A DNA stretch of 64,000 nt from Candidatus Gottesmanbacteria bacterium RIFCSPLOWO2_01_FULL_42_22 (GCA_001779315.1 MFJU01000004.1:6753-70752), one strand, 5' to 3'; positions 1-9,771 are shown, numbered from the stretch's first letter. A program made the numbers and translations. The notes: a model not told the origin generated them from the sequence alone.

Positions 1-2213
1 AGCGATGGAGTCGGTGTCAGAGTCGGTTTCGCTACAAAAGGCAACAGTTTTAATTTTTTGAAGTAAATAGTTCCCTCGACTCCCCTTTCGGAGGAAGTGC
101 TTTTTAATTCAATGGCATTTGAGGTATAAGCGGATCCCTGATTGGCGGTAAAATGCGGTCCCTGGTAATAAACCCACTCTCCTTGCGGTTTAAAGCCGTC
201 GTAAGTCCTTAACTCACTGGCCCACCAATACTTGGCAATGGGATCTAGATTGAAATACATGTTTAGTCTCATCTCGCTTCCCCTCTCTGTCCAGGTAGCT
301 TCCAAAGTTGTATATAGATTGCTGCCGGGATCTGAACGTACTTCAATAGATGTTCCCGGATCAGGTATACCGTAATATTTCTTGCCGTTGGCCATAATGT
401 AGAATGATTCAGTCTCCAGTTTGACTGTTTCAGTCGCCCATTTGATAATATTTTTCCCCTGATAATGACTGCGCCAGATATTCAAGTCCAGTCCTTCGAC
501 AGTGCCGTTATAATTGAAATCTCCGTCTCTGTTCCTGTTTTGGGTTGAGCGCCCGTAATTATTAAGCCAAATGACATAGTCCTGTCCGTCGACTTTACCG
601 TCCTCATTGGCGTCTCCCGGCATTAAATCATCAGGTCTGGTCGGTGTCGGGGTGATCGTCGGAGTCAGTGTCGGCGGCGGACACCACCATCCGCCTGAGG
701 GCAGGATACAGGCGGAATCAGTAGCGCTGCTATTGCATAAATCAGGTTTTGGCATGCAGGTCGGGGTGGGCGTTAAAGTAATAGTCGGTGTCGGGGTTAG
801 CGTCGGCGTCGGAATTACCGTCGGGGTCGGAGTCCTGGTCGGCGTAGCTGTCGGAGTCGGGGTATTACTTGGCGGTGGGCACCAGTAAAAGTCGGGAGGC
901 TGATCGCAATAAATGACATTGCCGTTTTCATCCGTTACTCCAGAAACACATGGCGGTAACGGCCGGCATATCGGTGTTGGGGTCGGCCCATTCCATTTAC
1001 AAAGTTCTTTATTATTGAAACTATAGGCAGGCATAGATGAAGTCGTATTTTGACAATAGTTATTTAATGACATTAGTTGAGATTTAACTGTGAAATTGGA
1101 TACTGCTCCTTTTGCCTTATAACAAGTTAGGGTGCCATCGTTGGAACAATTAACTCTGCCTGTAAAGCTTCTGGTATTGAAGGCCTTAGTTTCACGGCAA
1201 TAAGTGGAAGAAAAATAAGTCACGTAATTTCGTGAACTGTCGCTGCCTCCGCATAACTGGTTGGCGCTGTCATACCAGCCTGTAGGCAGCGGTGTGGGCG
1301 TGACCGTTGGAGAAACAGGCGGCCGAACGCAAGCTCCATTTGAGCAGCCCGAGGGACATGTCTGCAATCTGTTTATGGCATATTTACCGCCGTCAGCCGG
1401 ATTCCTCCAGCAGAACCATTCGGAAAGTAAGCCGGAATATGGAGGATTTGCCTGCCCCTCTTGGTTTACAACTGCATAAGCACAGTAATCTTCAAAAGTT
1501 TTTACCATACCATCCGGCTGTTTTTGCACGGTGGTCCCTTTTTGAAAATAGTCCAGTCCGTCAGGATACTCCGGGCTTACATCGGAATCAGTACAGCTGA
1601 CTGCTCCCGGGACCGGAGTCAAAGTACTTGTTGGAGGTACGACTCTGGCTACTTTCACGCTGCTATTGGTTGTAGATATTGGAGCGATTACCACCGAGGC
1701 GTTACTGACAACCTCAAGGTCGGAAACGGTTATCAGTTTGGGTTTTGAGGTCAACTCCCTGCCTATAAACCAGATATTGGCAATATTTAAAGCTTTGTCC
1801 GTTGGCGGTCCGCTGCCGGGCGTTTCTGCCGCCAGTTCGATCACCAGTTTGCCGTTTTCATTAGCTTTGGAGGGACTGTCCATTCTTATAATCTTGCTAA
1901 AACCGGAGCCTGATATGTCGATTTTTTTTTCAGTTGACAGTTTTAAATATTCTTCGGGGAAATTTATTTCGGCTTTGAAATAATCAAGTTTTTCCCCGGC
2001 TGAACCGTTATCGAAAACAGCTTTCAGGGAAAACATGGAGTCGGAATTCAAAGTTATGATGTTTTCAGTCGGATAAACAGCGATTGAGCCGCCTGTGGCG
2101 GCTGCTTCTTTCCTGGATTCAGTATTCAGTTTTATGGCATAAAGAGCCAATCCCAGGAAAATTAGCAACACCGGCAGACTGAGAAGGACTAATAACTTTT
2201 TATCTTTTATCAT
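1..2213 (-). CDS. Large exported surface protein (3' end outside window): N-terminal TM, cohesin-like domain, Cys-rich modules, Pro/Thr linkers, dockerin-like domain
   Basis: Hand translation from ATG at 2213 (ATGA overlap with upstream stop) stays open to the window edge: MIKDKKLLVLLSLPVLLIFLGLALYA...GSIAVYPTENIITLNSDSMFSLKAVFD...LDYFKAEINFPEEYLKL...CTDSD...CPSGCSNGAC...GDANEDGKVDGQDYVIWLNNYG...GDFNYNGTVEGLDLNIW. Absent from the ORF track because it has no stop in the window. Confidence 0.85.
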   Translation of the reverse strand, partial: MIKDKKLLVLLSLPVLLIFLGLALYAIKLNTESRKEAAATGGSIAVYPTENIITLNSDSMFSLKAVFDNGSAGEKLDYFKAEINFPEEYLKLSTEKKIDISGSGFSKIIRMDSPSKANENGKLVIELAAETPGSGPPTDKALNIANIWFIGRELTSKPKLITVSDLEVVSNASVVIAPISTTNSSVKVARVVPPTSTLTPVPGAVSCTDSDVSPEYPDGLDYFQKGTTVQKQPDGMVKTFEDYCAYAVVNQEGQANPPYSGLLSEWFCWRNPADGGKYAINRLQTCPSGCSNGACVRPPVSPTVTPTPLPTGWYDSANQLCGGSDSSRNYVTYFSSTYCRETKAFNTRSFTGRVNCSNDGTLTCYKAKGAVSNFTVKSQLMSLNNYCQNTTSSMPAYSFNNKELCKWNGPTPTPICRPLPPCVSGVTDENGNVIYCDQPPDFYWCPPPSNTPTPTATPTRTPTPTVIPTPTLTPTPTITLTPTPTCMPKPDLCNSSATDSACILPSGGWWCPPPTLTPTITPTPTRPDDLMPGDANEDGKVDGQDYVIWLNNYGRSTQNRNRDGDFNYNGTVEGLDLNIWRSHYQGKNIIKWATETVKLETESFYIMANGKKYYGIPDPGTSIEVRSDPGSNLYTTLEATWTERGSEMRLNMYFNLDPIAKYWWASELRTYDGFKPQGEWVYYQGPHFTANQGSAYTSNAIELKSTSSERGVEGTIYFKKLKLLPFVAKPTLTPTPS

Positions 2214-3682
2214 CTTTTACCCCTATTATCCAACCATTTCACAAAATCCAATCCGTCTATATATTTATCTTGATTGAAATCCGCCCTCAGGTCAAGACAT
2301 ATCTTACCCTGGTTAGGATAACATTGGCTGTTTAGCCAGACGGAATAATCCAGACCGGAAATTTTGCCGTCGCAGTTGGCATCACCGTATTTTCTTTTGC
2401 TGCAAACAACAGCAGTTATTGGTACTTTGGTCGGAGTAATTGTCGGTGTAAAAGTAGGTGTCGGAGTTACCGGACAGATCCAACCACCGGGAGGTAGATA
2501 AATTTCCGGGCAGGTATTCCCCCAAGCTCCGCTGGGACAGGGTGGTGGAGGCGGTACACATGTCGGAGACGGCGTTATTGTTGGTATCGGCGTTTCTGTC
2601 GGGGTAGGTATGACACTATTGTTGTAATAAACGATTAATTGGGGAGCTGAATTGGAGGGGCCGCTTTCTCTGGAATAGAAACCGGTGTTGTTGCTTGAGT
2701 CAGCTGATAAAATGAATGAATATTCCCCGTTGCCTTTTATGGCGGATGTGACATCATACCAGACAAATCTGTAAGGGGGCACCTTATAAAGGTTATCCAG
2801 AGCTTCACCGATTTTGGCCGGTCTGTTGTTATGATTCAGTGTCGCTTCATTCCAATTATTTGAGGTCAGATAAATCGCCGGAGCATTACCCGATCCGTCA
2901 TAGGTAGTTTTCAAAAAAAGTAAAGCTTTGGTGACTGCTCCATTTACTCCCTCAGCTTTGGCTTTTATGTATGAGTGGCGGACAGGGCTTGAATCTACAA
3001 TCAGAAATCCGTCACTCCCGGTGTTTAAATCAGGTTGTGATCTGTCTGTATAGGCATCGGCAACTAACGGAAAACTTGCTTTGGCTGATTCATAAGGAGT
3101 CGGTGGCGGTGAAACCGGGCACCAGACTTCGTTAGGATTTGGATTGCAGTAATCGATAGATCCATCAGTCTTCTTTTCCCCGTCAGCACATAACGGTCTT
3201 TGTGTACAACCCGAGGCGGAAGGAGGTGTAAGCTGCTGACTGCAGGCTCCATCAGAACAACCATATGGACAATTTATGGAAACGCTGTCGATTATCTGCT
3301 GGCCGTTGGATTTTGTCCGGCAGGCATGCTCAACCAGAACTGTTTGAGGAATACAGCTAGGATCAGAAGATAAGCATTCCTGAAGAAGGCAGGTGTCCTG
3401 GATTGTCACCGCGCTTCCATCCGGGACAAGGCCGGTTGTTGTGCCTTTTAGAGAAGAAATTTTACCTCCGTCCGAATCAGAACAGGCAACAGGTGTAGGC
3501 TTGGCAGTGGAGGAAGGCTGCTGGTATGTTTGGGTTTGCAAATCCGAGGCTTTGGGGAAAAATCTGGAGCCGACTTCAACCAGTTTATTGCCGGCGAAAA
3601 TACCGGCGGTCAAAACGGCCATTCCGGCCAGAACCGCCACTAATGTTATGTCTCCCCTCTCCTTTTTAATTCGAGCAGGCAT
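2210..3682 (-). CDS. Exported protein with Cys-rich module, DNRLRE/CBM96-like domain and C-terminal dockerin-like domain
   Basis: Likely start MPARIKKERGDITLVAVLAG (ATG 3682, not 3793). CSDSDGG...CPYGCSDGAC module; ADAYTDRSQPDLNTG...WNEATLNHNNRP...FYSRE...PQLIV resembles the DNRLRE family; duplicated GDANCDGKISGLDY / DFNQDKYIDGLDF Ca-binding loops. Confidence 0.8.
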   Translation of the reverse strand: MPARIKKERGDITLVAVLAGMAVLTAGIFAGNKLVEVGSRFFPKASDLQTQTYQQPSSTAKPTPVACSDSDGGKISSLKGTTTGLVPDGSAVTIQDTCLLQECLSSDPSCIPQTVLVEHACRTKSNGQQIIDSVSINCPYGCSDGACSQQLTPPSASGCTQRPLCADGEKKTDGSIDYCNPNPNEVWCPVSPPPTPYESAKASFPLVADAYTDRSQPDLNTGSDGFLIVDSSPVRHSYIKAKAEGVNGAVTKALLFLKTTYDGSGNAPAIYLTSNNWNEATLNHNNRPAKIGEALDNLYKVPPYRFVWYDVTSAIKGNGEYSFILSADSSNNTGFYSRESGPSNSAPQLIVYYNNSVIPTPTETPIPTITPSPTCVPPPPPCPSGAWGNTCPEIYLPPGGWICPVTPTPTFTPTITPTKVPITAVVCSKRKYGDANCDGKISGLDYSVWLNSQCYPNQGKICLDLRADFNQDKYIDGLDFVKWLDNRGKR

Positions 3683-3804
3683 AAGGAAAATACTTGCCTC
3701 TATATAAAGATAAATACAATTTTTGGGAAAAAGCAAGAGGTACATGTATCTTTGAATTGACAGAATCATTTGAAAGTGTGCATAATAAATCAACGTTGAA
3801 AAAA

Positions 3805-4716
3805 ATGAAGCAAAAACAGCAGCGGCCGCACCCGACGGATCCCTACCGCCACCTTATTCCTCTTCTTATTATCCTGATTGCTCTTAGCCTGACCTTATCT
3901 TATGTTCTCTGGCATAAGCTCAATTATCGCTCTCTTGGCCAAACAAACGACACCTCAAAATCCATCAAGTTCGGCACTTTTGAAGCACCGCCGACTACCC
4001 CGGCTTATGAACCCCCTCCGACCGGCTCCTATAGCGGTCCGCTCCCGATTACTACCCCGGCCATTGGCGGTCCTGTCCCGCCGGTTGATTATTATTGCAT
4101 CGATGATGAAGATCCTGATATGTGCGATGACAATACTTCCCATCTCGTACCCAAAGGAGCAGGCGGTGTGGCAGGTTCCTGCGGTACAGTCATCAGCCAG
4201 GCCCACCGGCTGGTCATGGCACTTCCCCAGTACATGAAAGGCTTGAGGGATAAATTAACCTTGGCAATTTCCAACTGCGGTTATTCGACCGGACCGTCCG
4301 ATTCATACGTTTCGACTCATTTTGTCATAGATGCTTATAATCTGGCCGGTATAACCGGACTTAATAAGACTGATCCTGCCCATGTCAGCCCGTCAGGTTT
4401 ATACAATTGGTGGCAGAGCCCTCCTGCCGGTTACCTCTTTGTGCCTTATAGTCCAGCCGCAGTCCAGGAGTATGCTGCCGGACAGCGCGATTTAACGGGA
4501 TGCGTCATGTTTCTGACCACATCCTCAAGCTTCCACATCGGCATCGTCAATAAATTGGAGCTTTTCACTGCCCAGGGGGATGGCGTCATCTCTATTCTTC
4601 AATCAGGCACCAGTATGTATATTGACCGCTTTCCTGTAGCCAACTGGAATATCAGCAACTCATCGACCAATATGACATATACATCCGGTGTTGCCGGATT
4701 CGGCTGTTATCAATAA
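3805..4716 (+). CDS. Membrane-anchored CHAP/NlpC-like amidase-fold protein (catalytic Cys apparently replaced by Ser)
   Basis: Likely start MKQKQQ at 3805; TM helix, KSIKFGTF motif, Pro-rich linker, then YVSTHFVIDAYNLAG...GCVMFL...FHIGIV...ILQSG, matching the CHAP layout C..FV..Y / GD...F / GH(V/I)GIV. Confidence 0.6.
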   Translation: MKQKQQRPHPTDPYRHLIPLLIILIALSLTLSYVLWHKLNYRSLGQTNDTSKSIKFGTFEAPPTTPAYEPPPTGSYSGPLPITTPAIGGPVPPVDYYCIDDEDPDMCDDNTSHLVPKGAGGVAGSCGTVISQAHRLVMALPQYMKGLRDKLTLAISNCGYSTGPSDSYVSTHFVIDAYNLAGITGLNKTDPAHVSPSGLYNWWQSPPAGYLFVPYSPAAVQEYAAGQRDLTGCVMFLTTSSSFHIGIVNKLELFTAQGDGVISILQSGTSMYIDRFPVANWNISNSSTNMTYTSGVAGFGCYQ

Positions 4717-4724
4717 ATAAAAAA

Positions 4725-5195
4725 ATGGATCTTAATAAATTTCATCTTTTGTCAAACAAAAAAATTCTGGTTTTAGGATCAATTATTATTTTCATAATTC
4801 TTCTGATTGTGATCTTTCTGCCAAAGAAAAAGTCTCCAAGTTTAAAAAATAATCCCGCCCAAACTGTGATGTATATCACATTACAGCCGCCTTCACCTGT
4901 CCCTACCAATTCAGCCCAACTTAAGCAAGCAATCGAGGAAGCAAAGCAATCAGCCCGCGAATATGACGACTGGCAGGCAAATCTTAGGCTAACCTATCCC
5001 TGGCTGCGAAAACTGCCGGTGGCTGATGATAAATATTATGTCTATTTTGATCTTAAAGAGGAAAAATTCCTCGGCTCGGTCTATCCTGCTAGCGGCGATA
5101 ACGTGGCCATTATCAAAGCCGAAGCCCTGCGTGTCTTAAAAGAGGTCAAAGAAATCCCCGTCGATGACTACCAAATCAGCTGGACCGTCAAGTAA
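4725..5195 (+). CDS. Single-TM hypothetical protein
   Basis: 156 aa, strong N-terminal TM, 8 bp downstream of the CHAP-like gene. Confidence 0.75.
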   Translation: MDLNKFHLLSNKKILVLGSIIIFIILLIVIFLPKKKSPSLKNNPAQTVMYITLQPPSPVPTNSAQLKQAIEEAKQSAREYDDWQANLRLTYPWLRKLPVADDKYYVYFDLKEEKFLGSVYPASGDNVAIIKAEALRVLKEVKEIPVDDYQISWTVK

Positions 5196-5232
5196 TTACT
5201 ATATTTTTTCCGATCCGGGATCGGCATGAAGC

Positions 5233-5916
5233 TTAGGATCCGGGATTTTTTGCATCAGCGAGTACAACCGCTTCAGGAATTGAATAAAGAATTGAGGCCG
5301 GAAAAATATTTAAACCCTCCTCTGATTCCCGTTCCAATTTCCATAAAACTTGCTTTTTTGTTTTACCTGCCAGGCAAACCACTGCAAAATTGCACTGTTG
5401 AAATGCTTTAGGGGTAAGTGTAATTCTTTGAGGAAATCTGCCTTTATTCTCATACCCTACCGCAAATGTGTCTTTATCCCATAATTTCCGGTAACCGGGC
5501 AGCAGTCCTACCGTATGCCCGTCATCCCCTATGCCTAAAATAGCGATACGAAAATCAGTATTTTTATACAGTTTAGAAATAGTTTGATTATATTTTTGCG
5601 CGGACTCCTCCATTGTTCCTTTTTGATCTACAGCATAAAAAGTTAAACCGCTTTTTTCTATCTGATAGGCATTAATGTCCTCTTTATTTTCAGGCTGAAA
5701 ACGCTCATCGGCTTGTGCAATTGTCAAAAAATGAGGTTTTTTGGACAGGTTTTTCAGTTTTTCGGCAAAGAGCGGGTAGATATTAACGGCAGAACCTGCG
5801 GAAAGAAGAAGCAAGGTTTTTTGGGAGCTGGCAATTACAGCATCAATTTTTTCCGAAATTATGTCAGCCGCTTTGTGCCAAATTGATCGCCTGTCTGTCT
5901 TAACAATCTTAATCAT
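5233..5916 (-). CDS. pgl: 6-phosphogluconolactonase / glucosamine-6-phosphate isomerase family protein
   Basis: LLLSAGS, ADER, ILGIGDDGHT, RITLT, GKTK, FPASIL motifs. Confidence 0.8.
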   Translation of the reverse strand: MIKIVKTDRRSIWHKAADIISEKIDAVIASSQKTLLLLSAGSAVNIYPLFAEKLKNLSKKPHFLTIAQADERFQPENKEDINAYQIEKSGLTFYAVDQKGTMEESAQKYNQTISKLYKNTDFRIAILGIGDDGHTVGLLPGYRKLWDKDTFAVGYENKGRFPQRITLTPKAFQQCNFAVVCLAGKTKKQVLWKLERESEEGLNIFPASILYSIPEAVVLADAKNPGS

Positions 5917-5923
5917 TTTTTTC

Positions 5924-6943
5924 CTAATCGGGATTCTCCAAAAACCTCAGCAGTTCCTCTTTTTTGGCCAAAGTCGTCTTGACCGCCACTACTCCTTTTT
6001 CCGGTTGACCGTACAAAACCAGCGATCCGAGCGGAGATAAAAGAATGGCTGGTAGGGATGCCAGATCTTCCTCCCCGGCGACCTCAATTGCCCTTAATTT
6101 GCCGTCCGTAAGTGACTCTTTGAGATTCCTTTTTATAACTTTGACTAATTCGTCAGTGATATGACCGGCAGGATTTGAAACTTTACTATGGGCAGATATT
6201 TTTCCGAAGGCCAAATCAGCTAATTTCTGATGCTTTTTAATTCTCTTTACGTGAAAATCCACGATAGCCAATTGGTACCTGAATTCTAACTTATTCATCA
6301 TATAGACCACTTCGTCGCCGACGGCCGTTATCATTACCGGCTTTATTTTATCTATCTGCTCCTTTAGTTTTTTTCCGATTTTCAGGATATCATCCTCGGG
6401 ATTTTTTATCAGGATTCCTATGGGAGATTTCAGCTTTAACCGCAGGTTTTGCGGCAGCTTCCTGCCGAAGATATGCAAATCAGCCATTAGCTGGCCAAAG
6501 CGGTTGATCTCACCCATCCTGATTCTGCTGGATGAAATAGCTTTGCCGTCCTCGGCCATGACTAAATCCATTGTTTCCAACTTTAATTGAGGCAGGCCTG
6601 ATTTCCCTCTTTTTTGGTTTACTTTTTCTCCGCCTGTCCGGGAATCGGCAGTGACCAATAAAGCCTCAATCTCATTTTCTGCTGTCGCTGGTCCATAAAC
6701 ATCATCGATTTTTACAATCTCAACCCGCGGCCGGAAATTTTGCTCTTTTATAAAGAGCATCAACTCCCGTTTCCTATCACTATAATTCTTAATTTTAATT
6801 TTGGATTTTTCTTTTACAAAAGAATCAGAGGTTAGTCCAATAATGACTCTTTCACTTAAATCAAAAGCCTGGGAAATAAAACGATGGTGTCCTTTATGCA
6901 AACGGTCAAAAGTACCGGCAATGGCGATCTGGCGGTATTTCAT
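5924..6943 (-). CDS. coaD: Bifunctional archaeal-type phosphopantetheine adenylyltransferase fused to DUF359 (GTP-dependent dephospho-CoA kinase)
   Basis: AGTFDRLHKGH (HxGH), IGLTSD, DDVYGPA, ISSSRIRMGEI; C-terminal AVGDEV, VSNPAGHIT, GEEDLASLP, VLYGQPEKGVV typical of DUF359. ATG at 6943 overlaps the glgA stop. Confidence 0.85.
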   Translation of the reverse strand: MKYRQIAIAGTFDRLHKGHHRFISQAFDLSERVIIGLTSDSFVKEKSKIKIKNYSDRKRELMLFIKEQNFRPRVEIVKIDDVYGPATAENEIEALLVTADSRTGGEKVNQKRGKSGLPQLKLETMDLVMAEDGKAISSSRIRMGEINRFGQLMADLHIFGRKLPQNLRLKLKSPIGILIKNPEDDILKIGKKLKEQIDKIKPVMITAVGDEVVYMMNKLEFRYQLAIVDFHVKRIKKHQKLADLAFGKISAHSKVSNPAGHITDELVKVIKRNLKESLTDGKLRAIEVAGEEDLASLPAILLSPLGSLVLYGQPEKGVVAVKTTLAKKEELLRFLENPD

Positions 6944-8382
6944 CAATATTCACCTGAACAGAGCTTTTCATAGAGAGCAATATATTCAGCCGCACTTTTT
7001 TTCCAGGAAAAATCAGCGGTTAGGGCCGCCATGATCATCACGTCATAGGTTTTCCTGTCATGGAGGCGCAAATCGATGGCTTTTCGGTAAACATGCTCCA
7101 GGGATTCAGAGGTATATTTTTCAAAAAGAAAGCCGTTATGGTTGTTCTTGATCGAATCGATCAGGCCGCCGGTATGGTGCGCTATCGGGATAGTCCCGAA
7201 AAACATGGCCAGCATCTGGATCAGGCCGCATGGTTCAAACTTGGACGGGATGACTATAAAATCCGATGATTCGTAAATTTCATGGGCCAGGCCCTCATTA
7301 AAAGTGAAATTGCAGTAAACGTTCTGCGGATAGAATTTATTAAACCACTCAAACCTGGCTTCCCAATCGACGTTGCCCGATCCCAGGATGACAAACTGGT
7401 GATTCTCCAGATCGAGATTCCTAATCATGCGGTGCAGGATGTCCAAACCTTTTTGAAAGGCATCGAAACGGCCGACAAAACAGGTCAAAGGGATATCATC
7501 TTTCTCTTCAAATCCCAATTTCTTCTGCAGCAGTTTCTTATTTTCCTTTTTTTTGGAAAGGTAATATGAAAGGTTGGCGGCAATTTGGTCAGGATGGTCC
7601 ATCCGGCTTCTGACAAAATCGCATTTCTTGCCGCTGTCGTGTTTCAAATACCTGGTGATGTTGATGCCGTTTAAAATTCCGAATACCCTACCCTCTTTAC
7701 CCCGCAGGATCTCATCCAAGCCAATGCCGTATTCTTCGGTCATGATCTCCCTGGCATAAGTCGGTGAAACTGTAGTCACCACATCGGCATGGATTATCCC
7801 TTCCATCAGTAAATTTAACTGTTTAGTTTCCCTCTCCCAGGCCAGGATACTGCCCTTTTCCTGATTGATCCCCAATTTTGAGAGCACATCCTTGCTCACT
7901 CTTCCCTGATGGGCCAGGTTGTGGATGGTCAGCAGGGATTTTATCGGCAACTTTTCTTCTTTGATAAGAAGCGGGAGCATACCTGTATGCACATCATTGC
8001 AGTGGATAATATCAGGTGTAAAAGATAAAAAATTCCCCTTGATAGCCTCAATTATGGCTTTATTGAAAAAAGGCCAGGTATCCTGATCGATAACCACATC
8101 CAAATAAATGCTGTTCTTGAGAAAAAAACAGGGAAAATTATTCAAAGGGTGCAGGGCTTTGTATATATCCACTTTTTCCTCTTTGCCGTTATAGATGCAA
8201 TGAAATGTACGTATATGTTTCTTGTTGATTTCACCAAAACGGACTGCCTTATAAAAAGGCATCACCACGGCAATATCTACTCCCATCATAATTAAATCCG
8301 CCGGCAGGGCCCGGGCCACATCGCCCAAGCCTCCGACCTTAAAAAACGGCGGCAGTTCCCAAACAGCAAACAAGACTTTCAT
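6943..8382 (-). CDS. glgA: Glycogen/starch synthase (GT5)
   Basis: KVGGLGDV, HCND, TIHNLAHQG, TVSPTYAREI, GILNGI, PSKFEPCGLIQM, TGGLIDSI. Confidence 0.93.
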   Translation of the reverse strand: MKVLFAVWELPPFFKVGGLGDVARALPADLIMMGVDIAVVMPFYKAVRFGEINKKHIRTFHCIYNGKEEKVDIYKALHPLNNFPCFFLKNSIYLDVVIDQDTWPFFNKAIIEAIKGNFLSFTPDIIHCNDVHTGMLPLLIKEEKLPIKSLLTIHNLAHQGRVSKDVLSKLGINQEKGSILAWERETKQLNLLMEGIIHADVVTTVSPTYAREIMTEEYGIGLDEILRGKEGRVFGILNGINITRYLKHDSGKKCDFVRSRMDHPDQIAANLSYYLSKKKENKKLLQKKLGFEEKDDIPLTCFVGRFDAFQKGLDILHRMIRNLDLENHQFVILGSGNVDWEARFEWFNKFYPQNVYCNFTFNEGLAHEIYESSDFIVIPSKFEPCGLIQMLAMFFGTIPIAHHTGGLIDSIKNNHNGFLFEKYTSESLEHVYRKAIDLRLHDRKTYDVMIMAALTADFSWKKSAAEYIALYEKLCSGEY

Positions 8383-8385
8383 AAC

Positions 8386-9771
8386 TTAATTATACATAGG
8401 TTTATTAACTCCATCCCATACCCCATTCCATTCTGCACCTTTTCCTCTTAAAATATCAGCGGTCAGTTTTATCAGATTGCTTGCCGCTTCCTTTTCTCCA
8501 TTTTCAACAAACCACTTTGTCTCCATTATGGATCTGTACAAAGTATGCATTGCCAGACCCCGTCTCTCTTTTTCTTCTGGATGCCTCCGTAAAAATTCAT
8601 CAGTCACAAGCTGTTGCCGTTTCCGGTCCAGGGCCAGGCCTGCAATTGACGCATCATAAATCTGCCCGGATAAACCCTTACGTTGAGCCCTATCTCCGCT
8701 GGTTAGCGTATACTCAGTCTCTCCTGATTGCGGATTTCTTGATTTATGAATATTTCTTGGGAAAAGCGTTCCGTGTGTAACTCGGGTTGCGGCAAGTAGG
8801 TTTTCATCCTTCTCGATCAGATGCTCTCCAACGTTTAATTCTGTTTTTCCGTTTTTAAATCGATATAAAGGCAAATTATTTTTTATCATCTCCTCAAGTG
8901 CCTCTGTAAAAGAAAATTCTGGATCACCGCCTTTAATACTCTCCGCTAATTCATCATATAATACTTTAACTTCAGGATTATCAGTCATTTTGTCAGTCAA
9001 TTCCTCCAGTCTGTCACCCCACCGCTTGTCCGATGATTTAAACTCATCAAAATCTCTTTCACGGTTATACCACCATTCGTCACCGCGGAAATTACAGCCT
9101 TCATTCCCTTCTTTTAACCAGCTATTAGGAATATCAATCTGATTGACATTTTCCCATTCTGCGAACTCATTTGTAGTTGGATGTGCCGCTTCCAAATAGT
9201 CAAATAAAATTCGCATTCCCTCAGGACTATCCGGATATTCATGCGGATTTGCCAAATGTATTCCTTTTTCAGGGCCGCCGGCTCCCAAAGATCTTAAATT
9301 TTTACGATATCCCGTAATAAAAGCATGTCCCTGATCCGTCTCAAAAATCTGAATGGCAATTGGTATCGGCGATTTGCCTTTATGTCCTGCTTCAATCCAT
9401 TTTTTTTTAACGTAAGCGGCGACGATTGTTCGGTAAGCCCATAAATTAGGTGCAAAATTGGGCTCATTACCGCCTTTGACCTCGGATGGTTTATGCAAAA
9501 CAAAACTATACTCCTGATCTTCAGGCTTTTCTTTTAGTGGAATAACTACCATTGGGCGACCTGACAATGCTTTTCTGTCCGCATCCGATTCAGTTTCAGG
9601 CTCTAAAATCCTGCCGCCCTGTAACGCTTTATTGTCAGGCCAAGCAAACCCTTTCCTACGAATGAAAACTGCCAGTTCTTGCGCTTGACTCTCAAATCCT
9701 TTTTTTATTGACCAGGGCATATCGGTAATGCTTTCAGGAGAATTTAACAATCTGTCAGGAGATGAATCCAT
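8386..9771 (-). CDS. Hypothetical protein with degenerate aminoglycoside/choline phosphotransferase-like C-terminus
   Basis: 461-aa ORF; THGTLFPRNIH resembles HGDLxPxNI and G..IYDAS resembles G...YDLA. The fold call is tentative. Confidence 0.6.
   Translation of the reverse strand: MDSSPDRLLNSPESITDMPWSIKKGFESQAQELAVFIRRKGFAWPDNKALQGGRILEPETESDADRKALSGRPMVVIPLKEKPEDQEYSFVLHKPSEVKGGNEPNFAPNLWAYRTIVAAYVKKKWIEAGHKGKSPIPIAIQIFETDQGHAFITGYRKNLRSLGAGGPEKGIHLANPHEYPDSPEGMRILFDYLEAAHPTTNEFAEWENVNQIDIPNSWLKEGNEGCNFRGDEWWYNRERDFDEFKSSDKRWGDRLEELTDKMTDNPEVKVLYDELAESIKGGDPEFSFTEALEEMIKNNLPLYRFKNGKTELNVGEHLIEKDENLLAATRVTHGTLFPRNIHKSRNPQSGETEYTLTSGDRAQRKGLSGQIYDASIAGLALDRKRQQLVTDEFLRRHPEEKERRGLAMHTLYRSIMETKWFVENGEKEAASNLIKLTADILRGKGAEWNGVWDGVNKPMYN

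Noticed and set aside
607-1983. Plus-strand ORFs rich in GVGV
   Set aside because: They are antisense shadows of Pro/Thr linkers in the minus-strand gene <1..2213.
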